Shown in pieces: positions 7,854-15,238 of a stretch of 44,755 bases of DNA; within the stretch, counting starts at the first letter, position 1; every line of letters begins with the position of its first letter. Under the pieces are notes generated by a model, which was given only the letters and a program-made list of their open reading frames with translations, searched no databases and was not told the origin of the DNA. The translations under genes were made by a program, and so were the position numbers. The DNA is from a virus, in IMG/VR virus record IMGVR_UViG_3300020215_000077, positions 1 through 44,755 of that record. One strand, written 5' to 3'.

Positions 7854-8402
7854 TCAGACCACATGCGTCCAGATCCGGCCATTCTTGATGTTTCTGACAA
7901 CCGTCCAATCGACGCCGAAACGAGCCGCGATGGCTTTGCAGCTCAGGCCCGAGGCGTAGAGGGTCCTGATCTCGCGAACCGCATTCTCGGTCAGCTTCGC
8001 TTGATGATTGCGCTCCCCGAGCATAGCGGTTCCGTGCACGCGCTTGTGGAGGATGTTTTCCCGCACCGTCACCCACGCCAGATTCTCAATGCGGTTGTCT
8101 GTGCGGCACCCGTTCAGGTGCGCCGCCTGCATTCCTGCGGGGCGCAGGCCGGCGAATGCCTCAAGAACGAGCGTGTGGATGTGCGTTGGCCGCTGTTGGC
8201 GCGGCGGTCTCGTAAGCGTGACCCGCGTGTAACCAGTGTTGTGCGCACTCGGCTTGAGAAGGCGGCCGCGCGACAACTTGATGCTGTGTAGGGAGCGTAC
8301 GCGGCCAAGGCACGAGACCTCGTACAGACCTTCGTATCCAACAACCGGCCGCCACACCTCTGCGGCGAAATAGTGGCTCAAGGGCGGATCGACTGAAGGC
8401 AC
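7854..8402 (-). CDS. HNH homing endonuclease (NUMOD4-like N-terminus, HNH_3 core, C-terminal HTH)
   Basis: Motifs WRPVVGYEGLYEVSCLGRVRS, HIHTLVLEAFAG...HLNGCRTDNRIENLAWVT..EN and a C-terminal HTH-like SGLSCKAIAARFGV. The start is placed at GTG 8402 (GGGAG upstream). The maximal ORF extends to 8510 and would overlap the endolysin start. Confidence 0.8.
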   Translation of the reverse strand: MPSVDPPLSHYFAAEVWRPVVGYEGLYEVSCLGRVRSLHSIKLSRGRLLKPSAHNTGYTRVTLTRPPRQQRPTHIHTLVLEAFAGLRPAGMQAAHLNGCRTDNRIENLAWVTVRENILHKRVHGTAMLGERNHQAKLTENAVREIRTLYASGLSCKAIAARFGVDWTVVRNIKNGRIWTHVV

Positions 8403-8460
8403 GGAACCAACTCCCTGCAAGCGTTTCGCGGCGGCGGAGTGTAGCACGAAGGAGGTCAGA

Positions 8461-9009
8461 ATGTCAGGCGGTTGGGTAGCCCGCTTGCCCTTCCCCCTGA
8501 TCCGCTCCATCGCCGAGGCCTACCACGTAGACCACCGGCTGGTGGCAGCGATCTGCCAGGTGGAGAGCTCGGGCAATCCGAAGGCGATTCGCAGAGAGCC
8601 CCACTGGCAGTACTGGCACAAGCCCGAGGAGTGGGCGCGAAAGTTCGTCGATCCCAAGGCGGCAGGACTCGTCGCGACGCGTCCCAAGGAGGAGCAGCTG
8701 GCGTGGGCCGCCGCCCAGCTCGAGGCGGAGAAGGAAAGGCAGCGTCACAGTTACGGCTTAATGCAGGTCATGGGAGCCGTTTGTCGCGAGTTGGGCTACG
8801 CGCACGCGACGATGGACCTGCTGTTCGAGCCCGCCATCGGCATCGCTTACGGCTGCAAGGTTCTCCAGAAGCTCTCCAAGTACACGAGCGTCGCCGACAA
8901 GGCCGCCGCCTACAACGCGGGCCTGCCGCGAAAAGACCCCAATACCGGTGAGTACAGAAACCAGAAGTACGTGGGCAAGGTGCTCGCCCTTCTGGCTGAT
9001 TTCAAGTGA
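8461..9009 (+). CDS. Endolysin, soluble lytic transglycosylase (SLT/GH23-like)
   Basis: Motifs QVESSGNPKA, GLMQVMG and AYNAG. Strong SD AGGAGG precedes the ATG. Confidence 0.85.
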   Translation: MSGGWVARLPFPLIRSIAEAYHVDHRLVAAICQVESSGNPKAIRREPHWQYWHKPEEWARKFVDPKAAGLVATRPKEEQLAWAAAQLEAEKERQRHSYGLMQVMGAVCRELGYAHATMDLLFEPAIGIAYGCKVLQKLSKYTSVADKAAAYNAGLPRKDPNTGEYRNQKYVGKVLALLADFK

Positions 9010-9026
9010 CAGCAGGGAGGCACAAA

Positions 9027-9995
9027 ATGGTTCGGATTTTTCTCTTGGGGGCGGCGTTCATGGCCGCCTCACCCGCTTTCGCCGCGGGCGCGGTCTTAGG
9101 CCGCCCCGCCCGCCACATCCACTTCGAGCAGCTGCCGCCCGAGGCTACCCTGATCGGCGGCGAGGAAGTCTCGCGCGAGCAGTTTCCTGGCGTCTTCTAC
9201 ACGAGCCAGGGAAGCTCACGCTGCACCGGCACCGCCGTTGCCTCGAAGGTCATCGCATCCGCCGCCCACTGCATGGCAAACGGCGGATCTCTCACCCTCA
9301 GCTACGCCGGCAAGACCTATCGTGGTACGTGCAAGCACCACCCGGACTACCGGAGGAACTCCACCGCCGACTGGGCGCTCTGCACGCTCACCGAGCCTCT
9401 TCCCGACCCGGTCGCCGAGTCTCTGAACCAGGCGGCCGAGCGGGTCAAGGTTGGCGCGCAGCTTAGGCTCATGGGCTACGGCTGCGTCCGCCAAGGCGGC
9501 GGCGGGGGCAACGACGGGAAACTTCGCACGGGCTTTGCGCCAGTGACGCGCCTGCCGCGTGACGCCCAGAAGGACTACGACATCATCACCAAGGGCTCGG
9601 TGGCGCTCTGCTTCGGCGACTCGGGCGGCCCGGCGTTCGTGGAAGAGAGCGGGCGCCGCTGGGTGACTTCGGTCAACAGCCGGGGCGACATCCGGACCAC
9701 GAGCTACCTGCCGTCCTGGTCGTCCTCGGCGGCGCAGGCCTTCCTCTCGACCTTCCCGGTCCCGGTCTGCGGCGTTCACGAGGGTGCCGAGGGCTGCCGC
9801 GGCCAGGCCACGCCCCCGCCGCTTCCGGCCGAGTGCCGGGATCTCGACGGGCACGTCAAGGTCTGGTCGGAGTGCTTGGCCAAGGAACCGAAGCCTGAGC
9901 GCGTCAAGTGCGACGACGCCGTTGACGCAATGCAGGCCTGTTACGAAGCGCGCTATGGCGAGGCGTTCGGCGTCATCCGCCGGCCGCAACGATAG
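9027..9995 (+). CDS. Secreted trypsin-like (S1 family) serine protease with a Cys-rich C-terminal extension
   Basis: Signal peptide MVRIFLLGAAFMAASPAFAAG. IGGEEV, SAAHC (His), DWALC (Asp) and GDSGGP (Ser) give a complete triad. SD GGGAGG precedes ATG 9027. Confidence 0.85.
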   Translation: MVRIFLLGAAFMAASPAFAAGAVLGRPARHIHFEQLPPEATLIGGEEVSREQFPGVFYTSQGSSRCTGTAVASKVIASAAHCMANGGSLTLSYAGKTYRGTCKHHPDYRRNSTADWALCTLTEPLPDPVAESLNQAAERVKVGAQLRLMGYGCVRQGGGGGNDGKLRTGFAPVTRLPRDAQKDYDIITKGSVALCFGDSGGPAFVEESGRRWVTSVNSRGDIRTTSYLPSWSSSAAQAFLSTFPVPVCGVHEGAEGCRGQATPPPLPAECRDLDGHVKVWSECLAKEPKPERVKCDDAVDAMQACYEARYGEAFGVIRRPQR

Positions 9996-10001
9996 TCACG
10001 A

Positions 10002-10023
10002 CACGCCCCAAGGACGGGGCGTG
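10002..10023 (+). terminator. Stem-loop after the protease gene (CACGCCCC-aaggac-GGGGCGTG)
   Basis: Perfect 8-bp stem with a 6-nt loop. The downstream T-tract is poor (aatgattcac). Confidence 0.35.
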
Positions 10024-10051
10024 AATGATTCACATTGGAAGGAGAACCGTG

Positions 10052-10756
10052 ATGGGCATGGTAACCGAGCTTGACCTACTGCCGCAGGTCGTCGTTGGCG
10101 GGGAGAAGATCCAAGTCCACAAGTGGACGCTCAACAACGAGCATCTGCATCAGTATCTGCACACGCTGGCCAACCTCCAGCTCGGGATGATCGAAGCCGA
10201 CAGCGGCAACGTCACGAGCTTCGTGACGCAACAGGACAGCGAGATGGTGCAGGCGGCTTGGAAGCAGAGCCAGTTCGAGTGGGCGACGGCGAAGAAGTGG
10301 CGCGGGCTCGAAGCGGCGGCCATGGAGAAGACCTACGCTGTGCTCGCCGTCACCTCGAATGAGGCCTTACGCGTCCAGAACGTTAAGGTGCGCCGGGTCG
10401 TCCAGGCGCTCGCTACCTTGATCCACAAGGTCGCTTACTGCGATTCCGCCAAGGCGCAGTATGGGATCAGCGACCGCGACGTCCGCACGATCGAGAGCCA
10501 GCAGGCCTACGTCCAGGAGATCATCCTGGCCTACCTCGGCGACGGCACGGCTCGCCAAGACGGCGGCGCCAACACCGGCATGGAAGTACCGCAGTACGCC
10601 CACGTCGGCACCGTGAAGCCACCGCTCAACCTGTGGCAGGCGGTGACCGCTGAGCCGAGCCCGGCCGCCCCGGACGTGCCGGCGCCGGACTTCCCCGACA
10701 CGCCCAGCACGGTGCCCGCACCGAACTCCCAAACGGTTCCCGGCCAGCAGCGCTAA
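10052..10756 (+). CDS. Hypothetical protein with a Pro/Ala-rich C-terminus
   Basis: ORF with GGAAGGAG upstream. GTG 10049 or ATG 10052 are both possible starts. Confidence 0.6.
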   Translation: MGMVTELDLLPQVVVGGEKIQVHKWTLNNEHLHQYLHTLANLQLGMIEADSGNVTSFVTQQDSEMVQAAWKQSQFEWATAKKWRGLEAAAMEKTYAVLAVTSNEALRVQNVKVRRVVQALATLIHKVAYCDSAKAQYGISDRDVRTIESQQAYVQEIILAYLGDGTARQDGGANTGMEVPQYAHVGTVKPPLNLWQAVTAEPSPAAPDVPAPDFPDTPSTVPAPNSQTVPGQQR

Positions 10757-10776
10757 CTAGCTCCCCTATTCGCGGA

Positions 10777-10806
10777 GGGCCGCCTCGGGAAGATCCGGGG
10801 CGGCCC
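10777..10806 (+). terminator. Stem-loop GGGCCGCC...GGCGGCCC downstream of 10052..10756
   Basis: 8-bp GC stem with a 14-nt loop, followed by gttctc (weak U-tract). Confidence 0.3.
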
Positions 10807-10826
10807 GTTCTCAGGAGGGGATCGCC

Positions 10827-11567
10827 ATGGCTCTCAGGACCTGGCTCGTCATCCCCGACCTTCACGTGCCGTTCCAGGACGCGCGGTTCATCCAGCTGGT
10901 CTCGAAGATCATCACCCTGTTGAAGCCGGACGGCGTCGTGCAGCTCGGAGACGCCATAGATTGGTGGCAGCTCTCGAAGTACGCGAAGGACCCCACGCGT
11001 ACGCGCGACGCCTTTGACGATCTGGCGGAGTATGCCGGGCTCCTGGACGAGTGGGAGGCGCTGCTCCCCGAGGGCTGCGAGTGGCGGCAGCTGCAGGGAA
11101 ACCACGAGCACCGGCTAGAGCGCTACGTCGCCGAGAAGGCGCCTGACCTTGCCAAGATGATCCGGTCCATGACCGAGATGCTGCGCTTTCCCGAGAGGAA
11201 CAAGCGCGGCGGGCTCTGGCGGTGGTTCGAGATGGGCAACTGGCGCGCCTGCAAGCTCGGCGACGTCGTCCTTCACCACGGCTTCTACTTCTCCGAGCAC
11301 ACCGCCCACCGGATCCTCCAGAAGTACAAATGCAAGATGGTCACCGGCCACACGCACCGCGTGCAGCTGGTGTCCGACGGCGACCTCTGGGCGGCGACCT
11401 TGGGCCACGGCTCCAAGGAGGACGAGACCTCGCACGCCCCGGTCAGGACCGGCTGGCAGCAGGCCTTGGGCGTCCTCTCGATCGATCCTCAAGGCCGCGG
11501 CCACCTCGAGGTGATCCTTGTGGACCGCGGCCAGTGCATCTTCAGGGGGCAGCATGTCCAGGCGTAG
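10827..11567 (+). CDS. Calcineurin-like metallophosphoesterase (lambda NinI-type phosphatase family)
   Basis: Ordered motifs IPDLHVP, LGDAID, GNHE and GHTH. Confidence 0.8.
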   Translation: MALRTWLVIPDLHVPFQDARFIQLVSKIITLLKPDGVVQLGDAIDWWQLSKYAKDPTRTRDAFDDLAEYAGLLDEWEALLPEGCEWRQLQGNHEHRLERYVAEKAPDLAKMIRSMTEMLRFPERNKRGGLWRWFEMGNWRACKLGDVVLHHGFYFSEHTAHRILQKYKCKMVTGHTHRVQLVSDGDLWAATLGHGSKEDETSHAPVRTGWQQALGVLSIDPQGRGHLEVILVDRGQCIFRGQHVQA

Positions 11568-11838
11568 GCCCACGAGCCTCACCGTCCTCGGCCAGCGGCT
11601 CGCTATCGAGTACGTCAAGGCGCCGCTCGACCTGGACGAGACGCAGGGCTTCTACGACCCTAGCCGGCGCCTGATCCGCGTCCTCGACGAGGAGGGCTGG
11701 GAGGCGACTCTCTTCCACGAGCTCGTCCACGCCGTCCTGTCGATCACCGGCCACACCGAGACGCTGGGCGAGAAGGCCGAGGAGGCCATCGTCCGAGCGC
11801 TCGAGCACGGCTTGGCGCCGCTCGTGAGGTTTCGGTGA
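11554..11838 (+). CDS. Small HExxH zinc-metallopeptidase-like protein
   Basis: FHELVHAV motif in a 94-aa ORF. ATG 11554 overlaps the upstream gene end. Confidence 0.55.
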   Translation: MSRRRPTSLTVLGQRLAIEYVKAPLDLDETQGFYDPSRRLIRVLDEEGWEATLFHELVHAVLSITGHTETLGEKAEEAIVRALEHGLAPLVRFR

Positions 11839-12176
11839 TGGCCCGCCGCCCCTACACCTACCGCGCCATCGTCACCCGGGTCATCGACGCTGACACCGTC
11901 TGCGCGCAGGTCGATCTGGGATTCGGCTTCTCATTCGAGCACAAGTTCCGGCTGGCCCGGATCAACGGGCCGGAACTGAACGACCCGCACCCGGAGCTTA
12001 GGAGGAAGGCGCTCGAGGGGAAGGCCTTTCTCGCCGAGCTCGTCGAGTTCGAAGAGGTCGTGATCGAGACCTACAAGCCCGACAAGTACGGCCGGTATCT
12101 GGCCGAGATCTGGCTAGACGGCCGCAACGTCAATACGGAGCTCGTCAAGCTCGGGCTCGCCACCGAGATGCACTGA
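11835..12176 (+). CDS. Staphylococcal-nuclease (SNase/thermonuclease)-like nuclease
   Basis: VTRVIDADTV...FRLARINGPE...DKYGRYLAEIW..GRNVNTELVKLGLA matches the SNase fold motif order. Confidence 0.75.
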   Translation: MMARRPYTYRAIVTRVIDADTVCAQVDLGFGFSFEHKFRLARINGPELNDPHPELRRKALEGKAFLAELVEFEEVVIETYKPDKYGRYLAEIWLDGRNVNTELVKLGLATEMH

Positions 12177-12341
12177 CCCGGGCCCGTTCCAGCGGCGCAC
12201 AAGGTGCCCGTGGGAGCGGTAGTTCTTGGTTTTGATGCAGCCGCGGTGGCACTCGATGAAGTACTCGTCCACCCGCTCCTGGCAGGCGATGACGTAGACC
12301 TTGCCGGAGCACATAGGGCACGGCCGAAGCTTGGTTCTCAT
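12114..12341 (-). CDS. lar: Lar-family restriction alleviation protein
   Basis: MRTKLRPCPMCSGK...IECHRGCIKT...RRWNG is a Lar-like zinc-ribbon pattern. The gene converges on and overlaps the SNase gene 3' end. Confidence 0.6.
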   Translation of the reverse strand: MRTKLRPCPMCSGKVYVIACQERVDEYFIECHRGCIKTKNYRSHGHLVRRWNGPGSVHLGGEPELDELRIDVAAV

Positions 12342-12510
12342 TCTTCGGTCTCTACCTCGCGCGAGGCCTTCCGGCAATCCGCGCAGACGCGATCATATCG
12401 ACGATCGTGCCAGAACCAGAGCCAGCACTGGCGACATTGAACCATCGTGCTCGCGTCCACTTGACCTCCCGCTCGACCTCGGGCAATTCTTCTTTTGCCC
12501 ACCAGCCGCG

Positions 12511-12556
12511 TGACAACGGCTCCGCGCTCCGAGAAGCGCCATAGGCCCCGTTGTCA
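12511..12556 (+). promoter_or_regulatory. 9-bp inverted repeat (TGACAACGG / CCGTTGTCA) whose right arm abuts the VRR-NUC start codon
   Basis: Arms at 12511-12519 and 12548-12556, with an internal GCGCT/AGCGC mini-stem. No SD is visible before ATG 12556. Confidence 0.3.
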
Positions 12557-12903
12557 TGCTCGCACCCTCCGAAAAAGAAATCCAAAACGCCATTCTGGAC
12601 TACCTCGCCACACGGGCTGACGTGATGGCGTGGCCCACCGCGTCCGTTGGGCTCTGGGATCCCACCAAGCGCACGTATCGCCGGCCGGGAAAGCACTTCC
12701 TCCGGGGCGTTGCGGACATCATCGGCATCGCCGCCGGCCAGTTCCTCGCGATCGAGGTGAAGACGCCGAAGGGACGCGTCTCGCCTGAGCAGGATGCCTT
12801 TCTCTCAGAGATCCGCCGGCGCGGCGGCATCGCCTTCGTCGCGCGCTCGGTAGACGACGTCATCGCCGAATTCACCAAACGCGTCTGGTTCAGAGGAGCC
12901 TAG
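12556..12903 (+). CDS. VRR-NUC domain nuclease (PD-(D/E)xK)
   Basis: EKEIQNAILDYL...GVADIIGI...LAIEVKTPKGRVSPEQDAF matches the VRR-NUC motif order. Confidence 0.75.
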   Translation: MLAPSEKEIQNAILDYLATRADVMAWPTASVGLWDPTKRTYRRPGKHFLRGVADIIGIAAGQFLAIEVKTPKGRVSPEQDAFLSEIRRRGGIAFVARSVDDVIAEFTKRVWFRGA

Positions 12904-12905
12904 CC

Positions 12906-13127
12906 ATGACCGACCAGCATGCGCACCACCGCTCGCCCAAGACCTGGGGCGTCATGACACCACTCAAGGAGGCGCGGCTCTCCCGAGGCCTTCGCCAGTG
13001 CGACGTCGCACGCCGCATCGGTGTCTCCGACACCAAGTGGAACGCCATCGAGTGCGGGCGGCGGCCGGTGCCGCCGGAGATCGTTCGGGCGGTGTCCGAC
13101 CTGCTCGGGATCGAGGTGCCGGCATGA
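12906..13127 (+). CDS. XRE-family HTH transcriptional regulator
   Basis: LKEARLSRGLRQCDVARRIGVSDTKWNAIECGRR is a typical HTH_3 segment. Confidence 0.7.
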   Translation: MTDQHAHHRSPKTWGVMTPLKEARLSRGLRQCDVARRIGVSDTKWNAIECGRRPVPPEIVRAVSDLLGIEVPA

Positions 13128-13426
13128 TGCACTTCGACGGTCCCGACTACGACGCCGTTCTCGACGAGGACCGCCTCACCGCCCAGCTCTCCCGCGTGAA
13201 GCGCCTGATGCTGGACGGCCGCTGGCGGACCCTGCGCGAGATCAGCAACAGCACCTTGGATCCGCCCGCCTCAGTGTCCGCACGGCTGCGCGATCTCAGG
13301 AAGTCGCGCTTCGGGGCGTATCTGGTCGAGCGCCGGCGCCGCGGTCCGGGGATCCGCGGGCTCTTCGAGTACCGGGTCGTGGCGCCCGCCGAGCTCCACC
13401 CGCCGCTCGAGGAGGCGTTCCAATGA
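13124..13426 (+). CDS. Winged-helix DNA-binding protein (putative)
   Basis: ATGA overlap with the upstream gene. WRTLREIS...VSARLRDLRK..G is wHTH-like. Confidence 0.55.
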   Translation: MMHFDGPDYDAVLDEDRLTAQLSRVKRLMLDGRWRTLREISNSTLDPPASVSARLRDLRKSRFGAYLVERRRRGPGIRGLFEYRVVAPAELHPPLEEAFQ

Positions 13427-13551
13427 CCCCCGAAATCCCCACCTGGGCCTGGCGCGCCGCGGCCATCATCTTCGCCCTCTCGACGGCGCTGCTGGGGCTG
13501 GCGCTGGTGGCGGTGGGGTGGCGGGAGGAACTAACGCATGACGACGGCTAA
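13423..13551 (+). CDS. Small membrane protein (42 aa)
   Basis: ATGA overlap with the upstream gene and a single TM, AAAIIFALSTALLGLALVAVG. Confidence 0.45.
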   Translation: MTPEIPTWAWRAAAIIFALSTALLGLALVAVGWREELTHDDG

Positions 13552-14069
13552 CGCCGCCAAGGCATTGTGATGTCTTTCTCGCTCAAATCCATCGCCGCCA
13601 TGATCTTGAAGATCGTGGTTTGGCGCGGAATCGACACCGAGCGGAAGAATCGGCTAAGCGACGGCTGGGGGATTCCCGTCGCCCGCGCCAGCTTCGCAAC
13701 GCCGCCCCACTTGTCCACGCGCACCCGCAGCGCGTCTTTGAACGCCTTAATTTCTGCGGCCATGTCGTCGATCTCGTTGTACCGCACCTTTGGCCGAACC
13801 GTGGGCCGGTCCTCGATGGCGCGATGGTCGCGGCTCTCGTCGATCTGCTCTTGCAGGTCGGCGATGATCTCCCCTCGCGCCTTCTTGGTCTTTGCTTCGG
13901 ACCAGAGAAACATGAGGTCTCGAACGCCTTCGTACTTGGCAGCGAGACCGAGCGCCGCGTGGATGAACGTGGAGTCCAGGCCGGCATCGGCCATAGCAGC
14001 GCCGATGCGGTACAGCGCCGAATCCTTTGAGCGGCGGGCGGCGGACATGTTGGCGGCGTTTGCGCTCAT
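13548..14069 (-). CDS. HigA-like antitoxin / regulator with a C-terminal XRE HTH
   Basis: C-terminal GGVAKLARATGIPQPSLSRFFRS..IPRQTTIFKIMAAMDL. The gene is translationally coupled to the upstream minus-strand gene. Confidence 0.6.
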   Translation of the reverse strand: MSANAANMSAARRSKDSALYRIGAAMADAGLDSTFIHAALGLAAKYEGVRDLMFLWSEAKTKKARGEIIADLQEQIDESRDHRAIEDRPTVRPKVRYNEIDDMAAEIKAFKDALRVRVDKWGGVAKLARATGIPQPSLSRFFRSVSIPRQTTIFKIMAAMDLSEKDITMPWRR

Positions 14070-14485
14070 AGAGTCCCCCTCAAGGTGAAACTGCCCTCGC
14101 GGATCTTTTGGACATGAATCTTCAGCTTCGCCATTTCTCGAGCTTCGGCGTCCTTATTCGTGTAGGCGCTGCACAGGAACACCTGCTCGTCGTAGATCAC
14201 GATGCAGAGGCGCAGCTGCTTCGTCTTGCCGCCGTTCAGATTGTGCCACTTCATCTTGTACGCGTACTGGATGATGCCGCCGCGGCCCGTCGCGACCGAC
14301 CACGACTTGTTGTTGTTGGGCGCCAGTTCCGGGTGCTGGGAGGGATAGCCATCGCGGAGCAGGAGCACGCGAGGGCGGATGACGGTCCTGTACTCCTCGT
14401 GAGTGAACGCCTGGTTTTTCCGCAGCTCGAAGAACGAGGCCAAGCCCCATTCAGTGATGATGATCGGCCATCGCTCTTTGGTCAC
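14066..14485 (-). CDS. RelE/HigB-superfamily-like toxin candidate (gp49-like C-terminal core with an N-terminal extension)
   Basis: KTKQLRLCIVIYDEQVFLCSAYTNKD resembles the RelE/gp49 core. GTG 14485 is preceded by GGAGG (maximal ORF extends to 14527). The gene sits upstream of an HTH partner, as in higBA. Confidence 0.45.
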   Translation of the reverse strand: MTKERWPIIITEWGLASFFELRKNQAFTHEEYRTVIRPRVLLLRDGYPSQHPELAPNNNKSWSVATGRGGIIQYAYKMKWHNLNGGKTKQLRLCIVIYDEQVFLCSAYTNKDAEAREMAKLKIHVQKIREGSFTLRGTL

Positions 14486-14626
14486 GGCGCCTCCCGTCTC
14501 AGTCAATATAACATATCGGCATAACATTCAATAACCTTGAGTAACTTTTCATAACATTGCATACCCTATGAAGAATCCGGATAGCCGAGCAATGGCCCTC
14601 GAAGCCTGGCGCGCGGGGCGGACGTC
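14486..14626. promoter_or_regulatory. AT-rich divergent control region with CATAACATT direct repeats
   Basis: CATAACATT at 14520-14528 and 14550-14558 (30 bp apart), plus ATAACAT at 14508-14514. By eye this is one of the lowest-GC stretches in the window. It lies between divergent gene starts at 14485 (-) and 14627 (+). Weak -35/-10-like hexamers occur on both strands (TTGAGT at 14537; TATATT on the minus strand). Confidence 0.5.
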
Positions 14627-14821
14627 GTGAAGCTGCATTTCCTCCTCAACGAACAGGACCTGAAGGCCGCGTGCGGGATGGTCGTCGGCGACAGCGAGCG
14701 AAAGCTTTGGACGACGGTTCCGCGCTACTTCTGGTCGGTCTCCGAGGTCGAGCGGTGCCGGCTGTGCCGTTGGGTCATTGGAGTACGTGCCATGAAGAAG
14801 ACGAAAGCGAGGCGCCCATGA
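14627..14821 (+). CDS. Hypothetical early protein
   Basis: 64-aa ORF with a GTG start after GGGGCGGA. First gene of the rightward early array. Confidence 0.5.
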   Translation: MKLHFLLNEQDLKAACGMVVGDSERKLWTTVPRYFWSVSEVERCRLCRWVIGVRAMKKTKARRP

Positions 14822-15045
14822 CCCCGCTGGATGCGGCGCGCAAGCTCGTGAAGGGCTGGCCCACGGCGCCTAGTATGCGCGGGACGGTGCCTGCGGGCGT
14901 GGCTGTGGACGTGGCCCGCGCGCTGCTCGACCTCGTGGAAGAGTGCGATTTCGCGCACGGTTGCACGCCAACCGGAGAGCGGTGCCGCATCTGCAAGGTG
15001 CTAGACCGCCTCCGCACCGAGAGGAGCCCCGATGAGCCCGCTTGA
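14818..15045 (+). CDS. Hypothetical early protein (Cys-containing)
   Basis: ATGA overlap with the upstream gene; 75 aa. Confidence 0.5.
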   Translation: MTPLDAARKLVKGWPTAPSMRGTVPAGVAVDVARALLDLVEECDFAHGCTPTGERCRICKVLDRLRTERSPDEPA

Positions 15046-15238
15046 ATCGGCGCGTGCGACAGTTGAGCGGGGACGCCGCGGGGTCCGGGTGGCTCGCGCG
15101 TTGCTGGAGCTAGCCCAGGCGGCGAAGGCGATCCGTCACCACGCCCCGACGTGCCCCGCGACGTTCGCGCGGCCATGTACCTGCGGGCTGTCGAAGCTGA
15201 GAGAGGCGTTGGGGAGGGCCGATGAGCAAGGCGAGTGA
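15032..15238 (+). CDS. Hypothetical early protein
   Basis: 68-aa ORF with GAGGAG upstream of the ATG. Confidence 0.5.
   Translation: MSPLESARATVERGRRGVRVARALLELAQAAKAIRHHAPTCPATFARPCTCGLSKLREALGRADEQGE

Noticed and set aside
8472-8951. 159-aa alternative-frame ORF inside the endolysin gene.
   Set aside because: It is an Arg/Gly-rich shadow frame. The 8461..9009 frame carries the SLT motifs and a strong SD.
12352-12696. 114-aa minus-strand ORF spanning the lar / VRR-NUC intergenic region.
   Set aside because: It is antisense to the motif-bearing VRR-NUC gene, runs through the structured intergenic region, and has no motif or SD.
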